Virus record (IMG/VR): IMGVR_UViG_3300005826_000294
Span: 186,001-250,000 of that record
DNA length: 64,000 nucleotides
Strand: one strand, 5' to 3'
Shown: positions 38,055 through 48,032 of the stretch, piece after piece
Layout: each line of letters starts with the position of its first letter
Numbering within the stretch: position 1 is the stretch's first letter
The notes under the pieces: generated by a model
Databases searched by the model: none
The model's input: only the letters and a program-made list of their open reading frames with translations
What the model was told of the DNA's origin: nothing
Position numbers and translations under genes: made by a program

Positions 38055-39581
38055 TTATTCACCTGTCTTCTCTGCTTCATTCCATGTTTTTTTCCAATGT
38101 TCAATAGTTTTATTTCTCAGGTCAGAGTTTAATGGAAGCCAAATTTTGGAAGAGCCAGCATTGTGTCCTGGAAAAGGATTGTTTGTATTTCTTGGAAATC
38201 CATGAGGAATTGCTTGATTAAGAAACTTAATAAGTTCTGGATCTTTAATAATATTAGCTCTTTTCTTTGCTATATTCTTTTTAGCAGATGTTTCATACAT
38301 TAATACAAAACGAGACCACATATTTCCATCTTTATCTTCTCTACTAAGTGCTGGTCCTAACTCGACCCAAACACGATTTCTTGTAGATTTAGGTTGAATA
38401 AACTCTGGAGTTTTTTCTTGTCCTTCTTCAGTTTCCTCAGGAGTTTTTTCTTGTCCTTCTTCAGTTTCCTCAGGAGTTTTTTCTTGTCCTTTTTCAGTTT
38501 CCTCAGGAGTTTCAGTTTCCTCAGGAGTTTCAGTTTCCTCAGGAGTTTCAGTTTCCTCAGGAGTTTTAGTTTCCTCAGGAGTTTTAGTTTTAGTTTCCTC
38601 AGGAGTTTTAGTTTCTTTAGGGACTTTAGTTTCAAGTCCTTCTTCTTTTGGTAATTCTGGAGATTGAAATTCTTCTTTACTTTTATCTTTTTCTACTGGA
38701 GTTTGTACTGGAGGAGAGCCAACATCAGATCCTCTAGTTTTTGGAGATAAATATACATAATTTTTATCACCACTCATTTCCCAAATATCATCTCCCATTA
38801 TTTCTTTAAGTTTTCCTTTCATTGGTGGGTTTTGATTATCATAGGCACTCCAATATTTTACACCATTAGCGCCATCCGTAGATAAATGTTTTCCTAAAAG
38901 ATAATCAAAATATTTTTTATTAAATCTTAATGAACCTTTTGACGGACTAAATGCTACACTTCTTGCTAATTCATTCCATCCTTCAGAAGCTCCAGGGGTT
39001 TGCCTATCCCAAAATCCAGCCTCAGGTGCTTTTGGAACTTCAGGTGTATTTTCAATATCGGGGAGTTTTTCGAGTTGAGATTTTTCAGATTTCGGAGAAA
39101 CCTCTTCTTTATTTTTTTCACTCTCTCCTGTTAAACCAAGATACTGAACAAGTTTTCCATATGCTATATCAAAATCTCCCATAATTTCTTTTGAATCAGA
39201 TAAATTCATAGCATAAATTCCACCTCTCCATCCTTCAAGATCATGATATTTTAAATCTTTTTTAAGATTTATATATTGTTTATTTATTTCATCTATTCTT
39301 TCATCAAGACGCTCTTGAGCTTCCTGAGCTTTAGAATAAAGTTCTCTATATACTTTAAAAAATACTCTTTTTCCAAATCCAACAAGTTTTTTAAGCAAAT
39401 TACGAAAAAGGCCAGCCTGTTTAATTAAATCTCCATCGGCTTCTGACATTTTACGAATATATTCATCCATCATATTAGCATTATGATATTCACCAAGTCT
39501 ATCAAAAATATTAGCAAACATCGCCGCTTCTTTTATATTAAGAATTCCTATCTCATTCCTAGTCATTTTCGCTATGGTCAT
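38055..39581 (-). CDS. Virion-associated protein with helical-hairpin tag and TPEET repeats
   Basis: AMFANIFDRLGEYHNANMMD; LIKQA; repeats. Confidence 0.65.
   Translation of the reverse strand: MTIAKMTRNEIGILNIKEAAMFANIFDRLGEYHNANMMDEYIRKMSEADGDLIKQAGLFRNLLKKLVGFGKRVFFKVYRELYSKAQEAQERLDERIDEINKQYINLKKDLKYHDLEGWRGGIYAMNLSDSKEIMGDFDIAYGKLVQYLGLTGESEKNKEEVSPKSEKSQLEKLPDIENTPEVPKAPEAGFWDRQTPGASEGWNELARSVAFSPSKGSLRFNKKYFDYLLGKHLSTDGANGVKYWSAYDNQNPPMKGKLKEIMGDDIWEMSGDKNYVYLSPKTRGSDVGSPPVQTPVEKDKSKEEFQSPELPKEEGLETKVPKETKTPEETKTKTPEETKTPEETETPEETETPEETETPEETEKGQEKTPEETEEGQEKTPEETEEGQEKTPEFIQPKSTRNRVWVELGPALSREDKDGNMWSRFVLMYETSAKKNIAKKRANIIKDPELIKFLNQAIPHGFPRNTNNPFPGHNAGSSKIWLPLNSDLRNKTIEHWKKTWNEAEKTGE
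38407..38620. repeat. Coding tandem repeats: 33-nt x3 and 18-nt x5 (TPEETE / TPEETEEGQEK)
   Basis: ggagttttttcttgtccttcttcagtttcctca and ggagtttcagtttcctca units. Confidence 0.9.
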
Positions 39582-39831
39582 TATCTTTGTGCCTCCGATC
39601 TAATTTATAACTGGCTCGTTTTTCGTTTATAATTATATCGTTATAAATACCTCTTAATAATTGAACCATTGATCTATCTGATTTTAATTTATCTTCCCAA
39701 ATATATAATGATTTTTTAACTTCATTAATTAATTCTTTGGCTTTTTGAATTTCTCCATTTTTAAGTAATCTTTTTATATTAGTATGATATAATTGGCAGT
39801 TTTTGCGAAACTCAATATATGAACGATCCAT
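39559..39831 (-). CDS. Hypothetical protein
   Basis: In operon between portal and 508-aa gene. Confidence 0.5.
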   Translation of the reverse strand: MDRSYIEFRKNCQLYHTNIKRLLKNGEIQKAKELINEVKKSLYIWEDKLKSDRSMVQLLRGIYNDIIINEKRASYKLDRRHKDNDHSEND

Positions 39832-39833
39832 TA

Positions 39834-42800
39834 TTATACTCCTGCTCCAGGTCCAAGAGGTGGTGGAGTCATTCCGCCACCTTCAGCACCACCACCGCCT
39901 ACCATTTCACCAGGTGGTGGTGCTAGTTCAGGAAGACCACCAGGAGCCACTCCACCCATTCCTCCCGTTCCTCCCATTCCTAAATCTCCACCAGCTTCAG
40001 GAGGTGTCATTTGACTCCTTTCTTTACTATCAATTGGTTCCATAATAGGCTTCTCAGGATCAAGAGATCTTAATTCTGTTAAACTCATTCCAGATAAAGA
40101 GTTTTCTTCTCTCATTTTTATTGCCTTATCAATTGCTTCTCTTCTCATTTTTATTTTTTCATCTTCATAAGATATTCCCAAACTCTTATAAAGAGATTGA
40201 ACAGAAGCCTGCCCAGCACTAACCATTCCTGTTATATTACTAATATAATCCTGTAAATCATATAAATTCATTTGGTTCCATTCAATTTCTGGAACAATTA
40301 AATGTTTTTCTTTATTCCTGTATTCATAGAAACCTTGAATTTCACTAATGGGAGCAAATATCTTATTTATAAGCCATCTAGCAATCATATTACGAAAATT
40401 AAAATATCTTTGTCTTAAAACTTCTAATCCAATTGATGCTGAAGAGTATACAGCACTTTCAGTATCTATAACTGCAGGGGGAACCATTAATCCTGTATAA
40501 ATATTTTTAGTAATAAATTCAAGATCACTAGCAATATCTAATACTTGACCAGAAAATCCTACCCTCTCTACAGTTACACCAGCATGAGTTATAATTTTAG
40601 CATCTTTATCATATTGCGCTTCTTCAAACATTTGTCTATAAAACTCTAAATCTTCTTGAGTTGCCCTATATTCTCCTTCAGTATTTCCACCAACTTTAAT
40701 TAGTGTAACAGGATTAATCATACCATCTGCTTGAGCAAATTTGCTATTTCCCTGGATAGTCATTAATCCATTATTTCTAGTGATAAAAAGACCATTTGAA
40801 ACTTCAAAACAAAATACCCTTCCATTATAAGGAATTTTTTCAATTGAAGCTCCATTGTAATTATTATTTCCATAAATTACTGGTTCTTTTCCATAATTTG
40901 AATCAGACCAAGTAATTAAATAAAATTCTTTACCATATCCATTTTTATCTACTATTAAATGAGGAGCATATCCACACTTAAATACTATCTCTTGAATATC
41001 ATCAGCAAGCCTCTTTGAAATAGTATTATAACGATATGCTGTTGATCCATTTTTATATTTACTTTCAATCTCAGAACCATCCCCTTTAACCAAAGCATTT
41101 AATAATATTTTTAACAATCTTGGAGACAATTGCTTCGTCCAAAAAGGAACATGTTTATTTCCAGAACCATATCCTATTTCATTCATAAAATGTTCAGCAA
41201 TTATTTTTCTAGAAATAGACCAAGTTGTAATATCATTGTTAGATGAATATCCTTGTTTATTTGCCGAAACATATTCTCCACAATGTAAATTAAGCATATC
41301 TGCTATTTTTATTATAGATTTTTTAATATACTTATAATCCTTAGAGTTGTTATTTTGGCATATACTAATTTTATAATTTTGAGTTTTATTATTATAATGA
41401 ATACAACCTTCAGAAATCATATATCCAAGAAATTCTAAATAGTCTTCTATAGGAATTTTTTGATCAAATAAATTAATATTAGATATTTCTTTTCCCACAT
41501 ATTTATCAATAGAGGCTTTTGATTTATAAAAACATCCTTTTTTAACATCCTCAGCTCTTACAAACTGAAAATCATTATATCCATTATAATGTGTCTTTTT
41601 CTTCGCTAACCACATTCTATGATTTGGAGTAACCATAATATCTATTTTTTTTCCATAGAAATGATATAATTCTCCATTAAATTCATAATCCGTACGATTA
41701 ATATATTTTTGAAACTCTAATTCTCCAGTTTCTTGATTCATTGTTGCTATTTCATCGTTTTTAGAAATATCATCATAAAACTTAAAACCATCTTTTGTCA
41801 ATACCTCAGTAGATACCGGGAAACATTCTCTTAACTTATCATAAAGCATTAGGTCTTTAAAAACGCTAACAATAATACTTGTTCCTCTTACATCATATGG
41901 ACTTGATAATATTTTTAAATGGGAAATGTTAAAATTATCTAATGGAATATCTTGTCCTGCTCTAATATGATATAAAATTTTCTCTGGGATTTGTTTTCTA
42001 AGTTGAGAATCAGCAGGATTATTGCTAAACACTAATCGTTGAAGAACAGCATCAGGTTTTAATGTAATAATAGGATCACCAGAGAGAACCGTCTTTTTAA
42101 CATGAACATAATCAGGATTTTGTATTACAATTTTTGACCATTTTCCTGTATTTTCATTAAGTTCGGCAAATGGAAAACAATTATGTACTGCCACTCCATT
42201 TGCCACATATGAATGATCATCTTCAACTTCAATATCATACATAAAGTTTTCATTAAATTTATTAGTTATATCTTCAACTTTCTTTATACTTAACATTTGC
42301 CAATTTTTATAAAGACTAGAATTAGGAGAACACCATTTTGTCTCTCTTAATAAATCATTCTTATTAGTTTTTAAATATGTTTTAAATTTATATGATTCAT
42401 TCGCAACTATCTTAATTCTATATTTATCAGATATATTATCTTTAGCATTAATTTTTGAACAAGTTGGATGAATACCTAATCTTCTTAACATAAGTGTAAA
42501 CTGATTAGCAAGATTTTTGGAAGAAGTAGAAATAATAATATGACCATTGCTTTGATCAATACAACCATCACCATCTATAAAACCAGCTAATAAATGTTTT
42601 TGTAATTCAATAGGCAAAGACATTATTGTCTCGCTTAATTGTTTTTCTTTACTATATTCTCCACAATGCTCCATAAAAAACTCTGCTATTTTATGACCAT
42701 TGCGTTTTTTACTTCTTAATAAATGATCACATTTATTAGAGTTTCTACTCACATATGTTGTTCCAGAAAATCCAAAACATTTTTTTAATAAAGGAGAAAG

Positions 42801-44042
42801 ATTATCATCTATAAATTTTTTATCATAACTTGTAAATTTTATTCCATCATAATCTTTTTTAGATTTACAATAACACCCCTCAGCAAGCCAAAATCCCATA
42901 ATATAACATAATTCTGAATTAAAATTATCTTCTTCATCAGAATTAAATGGAGAATATACTATATCATTAATTTTAATATTATTTGTTTCAATAAATTCTG
43001 GACTAATATCTCTATTATGTATTTTTCTACAATTACTACATTGTTTTCTTCTTGGAAGAATTCTAATTTTTTTATTATTACATGAAGGAGTATCACATTT
43101 AATATTATCTAAACTAGTATGTAAAATTGGATGTTTTCCACTTATAATTAATGATTCAGGAAGACCAACAACAGAAATTTTATAAACTTTTAAATGTTCT
43201 TCTTTAACAACATTTGTAGGTTTGATAAATTTATTAATTACTTTCTTTTTATTTCCTAAATGGGTTAGAACAATATCACCTATTTCTATTTCAGCTATAG
43301 GCTTTACAGATCCATCCGCCATAGTAATTAAAGAAGATCCTTTTATTTTTTCACCTAACTTCCAATATTCTAAAGAAATATCCGAAAGAGCACTGACTAA
43401 GTCCATTTCTTCAATCATAGTTTCAAAAAAATCTAAAACTCTCTTATCTTGACATTTTAAATTCAATTTACTAATTGGATATGTTGAATGAAGAGTAATG
43501 GCATTTCTAACTATAGGATGAAGTTGAAAAAAGTTTCTGCACCAAGCATTAATTGTTAATTTATCTCTAGGCAAATTAAGATTTGCCATAGTAAATAAAG
43601 GACTATATACTTCTGGAGCCAAACGTTCATATGAAGACCCTGCTGAGGTCCCAACACCAACAGAACCAACTCCCGAAGATCCTAATGTGGATTGTTTAAT
43701 TAAAGTACTTGCTTTTAAAACTTCTTTTTCTATATGAGAGGCACTATGAACAATAGCACCAACAGCATTAGAGGTTTCTCGTGAAGAATAACTCCTACCA
43801 TCGGATCCTGGAAGCCAAGCACTCCTTTTTAATCCTTCATCATCCAAAGAAGCATTATGAATATTTTGAGGCATCTTGTTTAATCTACTACTTTCATAAC
43901 TTAACCCTTCCTTAATTAAACCTCTCTCAATATCACTTTCAATACTTGCTTTACGATATTCGGTCAGTCCAGATGCTCTCTTTGGATTTATTCTTAATTG
44001 CTCTTCTGAAGTTTTTGGTCTAGAACCTCTTTTAACTATCAT
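39834..44042 (-). CDS. Portal protein with two inteins (652 aa after splicing)
   Basis: Directly downstream of terminase; exteins HPIVRNAITLH, EYWKLGE|CFPFAEL, IQNPDYV, RGTSII..VFKDL, LRE|SKFAQADG..NP. Confidence 0.8.
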   Translation of the reverse strand: MIVKRGSRPKTSEEQLRINPKRASGLTEYRKASIESDIERGLIKEGLSYESSRLNKMPQNIHNASLDDEGLKRSAWLPGSDGRSYSSRETSNAVGAIVHSASHIEKEVLKASTLIKQSTLGSSGVGSVGVGTSAGSSYERLAPEVYSPLFTMANLNLPRDKLTINAWCRNFFQLHPIVRNAITLHSTYPISKLNLKCQDKRVLDFFETMIEEMDLVSALSDISLEYWKLGEKIKGSSLITMADGSVKPIAEIEIGDIVLTHLGNKKKVINKFIKPTNVVKEEHLKVYKISVVGLPESLIISGKHPILHTSLDNIKCDTPSCNNKKIRILPRRKQCSNCRKIHNRDISPEFIETNNIKINDIVYSPFNSDEEDNFNSELCYIMGFWLAEGCYCKSKKDYDGIKFTSYDKKFIDDNLSPLLKKCFGFSGTTYVSRNSNKCDHLLRSKKRNGHKIAEFFMEHCGEYSKEKQLSETIMSLPIELQKHLLAGFIDGDGCIDQSNGHIIISTSSKNLANQFTLMLRRLGIHPTCSKINAKDNISDKYRIKIVANESYKFKTYLKTNKNDLLRETKWCSPNSSLYKNWQMLSIKKVEDITNKFNENFMYDIEVEDDHSYVANGVAVHNCFPFAELNENTGKWSKIVIQNPDYVHVKKTVLSGDPIITLKPDAVLQRLVFSNNPADSQLRKQIPEKILYHIRAGQDIPLDNFNISHLKILSSPYDVRGTSIIVSVFKDLMLYDKLRECFPVSTEVLTKDGFKFYDDISKNDEIATMNQETGELEFQKYINRTDYEFNGELYHFYGKKIDIMVTPNHRMWLAKKKTHYNGYNDFQFVRAEDVKKGCFYKSKASIDKYVGKEISNINLFDQKIPIEDYLEFLGYMISEGCIHYNNKTQNYKISICQNNNSKDYKYIKKSIIKIADMLNLHCGEYVSANKQGYSSNNDITTWSISRKIIAEHFMNEIGYGSGNKHVPFWTKQLSPRLLKILLNALVKGDGSEIESKYKNGSTAYRYNTISKRLADDIQEIVFKCGYAPHLIVDKNGYGKEFYLITWSDSNYGKEPVIYGNNNYNGASIEKIPYNGRVFCFEVSNGLFITRNNGLMTIQGNSKFAQADGMINPVTLIKVGGNTEGEYRATQEDLEFYRQMFEEAQYDKDAKIITHAGVTVERVGFSGQVLDIASDLEFITKNIYTGLMVPPAVIDTESAVYSSASIGLEVLRQRYFNFRNMIARWLINKIFAPISEIQGFYEYRNKEKHLIVPEIEWNQMNLYDLQDYISNITGMVSAGQASVQSLYKSLGISYEDEKIKMRREAIDKAIKMREENSLSGMSLTELRSLDPEKPIMEPIDSKERSQMTPPEAGGDLGMGGTGGMGGVAPGGLPELAPPPGEMVGGGGAEGGGMTPPPLGPGAGV
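40746..41825 (-). mobile_element. Intein 2 of portal (360 aa) with LAGLIDADG
   Basis: CFPVSTEVLTKDG ... TPNH ... LGYMISEG ... LVKGDG ... VFCFEV ... QGN|S. Confidence 0.9.
42180..43349 (-). mobile_element. Intein 1 of portal (390 aa) with LAGLIDADG; first residue Lys
   Basis: KIKGSSLITMADG ... SGKH ... GFWLAEG ... AGFIDGDG ... MYDIEV.DDHSYVANGVAVHN|C. Confidence 0.85.
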
Positions 44043-44053
44043 ACTATACTCCT

Positions 44054-45892
44054 TTAAAAATTCTTAGGTATATAAGCCAATACTGGTTTTGGAAATACTG
44101 AATTACTAGGTGTTTCTACATTAACTTTAAATCCTCTTGTTTTATCAAACTTATATGCTAAATATGCATACATTAAAGCCATAAGTCCATCATTCTGTAT
44201 TTTTCCTTTAATATATGTTTGATGAGGTTGCCCATGTCTCATAACAACTTTGCTCTCCATAGAACAACAATGAGCAACTAACCAAGAAATAGATTCATAA
44301 CTCGCCCAAGGAAAACGAAATCTACCTTTCCTTAATAATTCAAACATTTCTCCAATTATTTTATCTTTATCAATAACAACTTCTAATAAATCTCTATCAT
44401 ATTTTTGTCCGCCAGAAACCATACCAGAACTTCTAACAGATTTATATCTATCACCATAAATCCTTTTTAGCTCAATTGTAATATCATCGGCAAAACCAAT
44501 ATCGCCCATAGCACTTCTTACACCATATAAACGAAACATATTATCTACAAAAGACATTTTGCCTTGAATATCAAGTACTTTTAATTTTTTAGCAAATTCA
44601 ATTACAAATCTTTCATCATGTTCAACAGATAATATAACTCCACATGAAAATGATTGACCACGTTTAATTCCATCTATATCTGGTTTTCCTCCCCAGTCAC
44701 ATCCTAAATATACAACTTTTGACTCTCTATCTATATATTTAGACATAAATCTAGTAACATCTCTACTTGTTTGATATATTTCTTCTCTGGAAATCGGCAT
44801 TCCAGCTCCAGAATGAAACTCTCCTAAAACTTCATTATTATAAATCATTTCAGAATTTCTTGGATTATTTTCAGGTTTTTCTTTTAATATTATTTCTTTA
44901 GTAAAATTTGGAATAAGTAGTTGATTAAAATGAAATCCAACATAATCACAATCTTCTCTTCCAGGAGTTACTATCCATTTTCCTCGTTCAACAGCATGAA
45001 CTTTCTCTTGTTCACAGTTACAACTTGGACATTTCACAATATTCTCATATAACCATATATCTTTTTCCCACTTATCTGATCCAGGTGTATATAAAAGAAA
45101 ATATTTTCCGCAATCTTGACAACCTAAATAATAACGCCTCTGATCAGATGATTCCCAAAGTCTATGAAAAAATGTGCCTTTTTGTCTTGGAGTCCCAAAA
45201 TATACCTGAGTTCCACCAGGTTGAGGACCATATTGAGCATGAGTTAAACACTTAATAGTCTTGGCAATCGCAACTTCAGACATGTCTTGAACCTCATCAA
45301 AAAAACATACATCAAAAGTACGACCCAGAACTCTTGTCCCTTCATTTCCAATAGATTCACACCATAAAACATTTCCATGTTTAAATTGCTTATAATATAA
45401 ACTATCTGTTGAATCACGAAGACTATTCTTTTGAGCCTGTATATATGGTTTAAGTTTTCCAGGATGACGTGTATCATTGAAATCTTGTATTGGAGAAGAC
45501 TCCATAATCATTTTTTCTAATTTATCTTTAGAAAAGCCATGCATCATGTCTAAATGTGGAAAAGCATGTGTAACCCTTACAGGAGGAGTTCCACTAACAC
45601 CAAACATTCCACTCGCTACCATATATAATTCTAAAGCTGAAGCCATTACTGTTGCACCAACCTGCCTACCTTTTACAATAACAATAGGTTTTCCTTTTGA
45701 AGACATTGCTACTGTAACAATATGACGATATATATCAGCAATAAATTTCCAACCATTATTTGTTAATCTAAATGGTTTTCCATCTAAAGTTAAAAATGAC
45801 TCCGCAAAAGAAACGGGATCTACTTTTAAAAATTCCCGTTTTAAAGATATGAAACTATTTTCTGGAGTCCAATCTGAAAGATCACTCGCCAT
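44054..45892 (-). CDS. terL: Terminase large subunit (gpA-like); start at 45892 (TAATG overlap)
   Basis: KGRQVGAT Walker A, CFFDEVQD Walker B, FGTP, CQDC/CPSC Zn finger, YLGCDWGG and QNDGLMA nuclease motifs. Confidence 0.9.
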   Translation of the reverse strand: MASDLSDWTPENSFISLKREFLKVDPVSFAESFLTLDGKPFRLTNNGWKFIADIYRHIVTVAMSSKGKPIVIVKGRQVGATVMASALELYMVASGMFGVSGTPPVRVTHAFPHLDMMHGFSKDKLEKMIMESSPIQDFNDTRHPGKLKPYIQAQKNSLRDSTDSLYYKQFKHGNVLWCESIGNEGTRVLGRTFDVCFFDEVQDMSEVAIAKTIKCLTHAQYGPQPGGTQVYFGTPRQKGTFFHRLWESSDQRRYYLGCQDCGKYFLLYTPGSDKWEKDIWLYENIVKCPSCNCEQEKVHAVERGKWIVTPGREDCDYVGFHFNQLLIPNFTKEIILKEKPENNPRNSEMIYNNEVLGEFHSGAGMPISREEIYQTSRDVTRFMSKYIDRESKVVYLGCDWGGKPDIDGIKRGQSFSCGVILSVEHDERFVIEFAKKLKVLDIQGKMSFVDNMFRLYGVRSAMGDIGFADDITIELKRIYGDRYKSVRSSGMVSGGQKYDRDLLEVVIDKDKIIGEMFELLRKGRFRFPWASYESISWLVAHCCSMESKVVMRHGQPHQTYIKGKIQNDGLMALMYAYLAYKFDKTRGFKVNVETPSNSVFPKPVLAYIPKNF

Positions 45893-46767
45893 TATTTTCC
45901 CCATTTATATACAACTTTAAATCCAGCGTCTTCAAAAATTTTAAGCTTTTTTATAGTATTGTCATATAATTCTCCAAAAGTTTTTCCAATTATAGGATGT
46001 TTATCATTTCTATTGTATTTATCTGGATGTCCATGCCAAAAGTATCCAAAATATTCATAAATAATATTGTTTGTTTTATCAAACCCATCAACAAAAAATT
46101 TTTTATTGTTAATATTAATATAAACTTCTGTTTGAATAATTCCAATACTTTCAATCCATTTTTTACCTGATTTTGATATTCTTTTAGAACATAAAGAACA
46201 TCCTCTTCCACGAACTCTATCTTTTATTTTCGCTATCCATTTATGATTATTTTTACATTTCCAATGGACTACTTTATGACTTCCAGGTCTTACAGAATCA
46301 GGTTTAAAATTTTTTTCATCCCATTCTTTTGATAAAGTAGGATATAAATCTTTTAAAGAATTCCCATATCCTACTTTTCTACCATTACAATAAGGACAAT
46401 TACTATTTTTTCTATGTTTTACAGATTTTTCCCAAGAATGCCCAAATTTACATTTCCACCATACTTTTTTATAACTTCCTGAACTAATACATTCAGGATC
46501 AATAATATTTTTATCATAATCCCACTCTTTTAATAAATTACTATAAATTATTGAATCTTCTTTGGAAATTTTTACTCTAGTACAGTATGGACAACCATGG
46601 CCTTTGATTCTACTATAAACAATTGCTTCCCATTTATGATTGTTTTTACAAATCCATTTAATTCTTGATCTACTAACTAAAGATGTTATATCATAATTAT
46701 TACTTAAATCATATTCTTTTAATAGTTCAGGATATTCATTTAAGTTTATCATTAATTCTTTGAACAT
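45892..46767 (-). CDS. Free-standing putative endonuclease: three DUF4379-like repeats + Vsr/EDxHD-like nuclease
   Basis: KEWD...W.C...H.W...CP.C; VDGFD....IYEYFGYFWHG. Confidence 0.75.
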   Translation of the reverse strand: MFKELMINLNEYPELLKEYDLSNNYDITSLVSRSRIKWICKNNHKWEAIVYSRIKGHGCPYCTRVKISKEDSIIYSNLLKEWDYDKNIIDPECISSGSYKKVWWKCKFGHSWEKSVKHRKNSNCPYCNGRKVGYGNSLKDLYPTLSKEWDEKNFKPDSVRPGSHKVVHWKCKNNHKWIAKIKDRVRGRGCSLCSKRISKSGKKWIESIGIIQTEVYININNKKFFVDGFDKTNNIIYEYFGYFWHGHPDKYNRNDKHPIIGKTFGELYDNTIKKLKIFEDAGFKVVYKWGK

Positions 46768-48020
46768 TCATCAAATACTTTACTATTTCCATCATCATCT
46801 TCAGTAACAATAATAGTTATATATTCTCCTGCATGATTATCATATTCTTCACCAAGATCTTCTTTATTTGATTTTAAACAATATTTAATATAAGATTCTA
46901 AATCTTTATTTTTTACATCTAATTCATCATTAAATTCTTTACGAAGCCTATCCTGAATTGCTGGAAGAGAAGCAAATCCTCCACTAGTTCTACAAGCATT
47001 TTGAATAAATTCATCCAATCCTTCATATTTTTTAAATTTTTCTGGAAGTTTTTTTACTTCTTTATCTTTCGCCATTTGTAAAGATTTAATTTGCTCATTA
47101 ATAATATCAGCCTCTTTTAACATTCCTTCATTTATCAATGATTTAGAAAAAGCAACAAGTCTAACAATTTTTTGAGCGTTTTTCTCTGCTTTTTCAGCAT
47201 CTTCTTTTGTTTTATGAATTGTCCCTGGTGGATGATTTGGAGGACTATAAATGGTATAAAGTTTTAAGGGTTCTGTGTCTGAAGCATTAATAACATTGTG
47301 TTCTGTTCCAGATGGAATAATCAATGCTCCTCCAGCTTTAATACGTTTCTTTTTACCATTTAAAACAAATATAGCTTCTCCAGCCTCAATACGAAAGAAC
47401 TGATCAACAAATTTATGAACCTCAATTCCAAGATCTTCATTTGCTTTCACACTCATTAAAACTAATTGAGAATGTTCCCCAGTAAATAAAACTTTACGAA
47501 AATATTTATTTTTTAAAGTTTGCTCTTCTAATGGCCCAGAATATCCATTAATTTTTTTAGCAATCCTTCTAATATTAGCAGACGCTTTTTTTGTTTCTTT
47601 TTCTATTTCTTTTTCACTATCTTCTAACTTATCATAATATTTTCCACCATTTCCATTTTTGAAATCTTTTGATTCCTCTAAATGATCTTTTGCTATTTCT
47701 TTTGAAAGATCTTTATCAGTGGTATGTTCCATTTCTACTTTAATACCTTTTCCTAATTGATCTTTATCATATCTACTATCAGGTTGGTTATCAGCATTTC
47801 CACCAGGTATTTGATCTTTTGCCGTTTTTTCAATATTATCAAGACCAACTCGTTTTCTTAATTCTTCAACACGAGCTTCAACAGCCTCTCCATCATTTCT
47901 TAATTTAAACATTTCACGAATATCATCAAAAGGATTTCCCTCTTTTTGTAATTCATTGTCAGCAAAAGACTTTAACCAATTAGGTAAAGCACTTGGTTTA
48001 GCATATTCTCTATCAGACAT
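46752..48020 (-). CDS. Virion protein with DUF5661-like domain, cupin domain and helical-hairpin tag
   Basis: GIKVEMEHT..KEIAKDHL..YY; FRKVLFTG..SQLVLM...EVH..DQFF...G.EHNVIN...LKLYTIYSPP.H. Confidence 0.8.
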   Translation of the reverse strand: MSDREYAKPSALPNWLKSFADNELQKEGNPFDDIREMFKLRNDGEAVEARVEELRKRVGLDNIEKTAKDQIPGGNADNQPDSRYDKDQLGKGIKVEMEHTTDKDLSKEIAKDHLEESKDFKNGNGGKYYDKLEDSEKEIEKETKKASANIRRIAKKINGYSGPLEEQTLKNKYFRKVLFTGEHSQLVLMSVKANEDLGIEVHKFVDQFFRIEAGEAIFVLNGKKKRIKAGGALIIPSGTEHNVINASDTEPLKLYTIYSPPNHPPGTIHKTKEDAEKAEKNAQKIVRLVAFSKSLINEGMLKEADIINEQIKSLQMAKDKEVKKLPEKFKKYEGLDEFIQNACRTSGGFASLPAIQDRLRKEFNDELDVKNKDLESYIKYCLKSNKEDLGEEYDNHAGEYITIIVTEDDDGNSKVFDECSKN

Positions 48021-48032
48021 AATTATCTCCTA

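Noticed and set aside
38357-38654. Periodic LRKLK / FLRSF ORFs and 33-nt repeats resembling a CRISPR array
   Set aside because: Repeats are contiguous with no spacers and are alternate frames of the TPEET coding repeat.
40746-41825. Intein 2 as class 3 because of block F Cys
   Set aside because: It has Cys1, Trp is one position off B12 and G5 is Gln, so the WCT triplet is incomplete.
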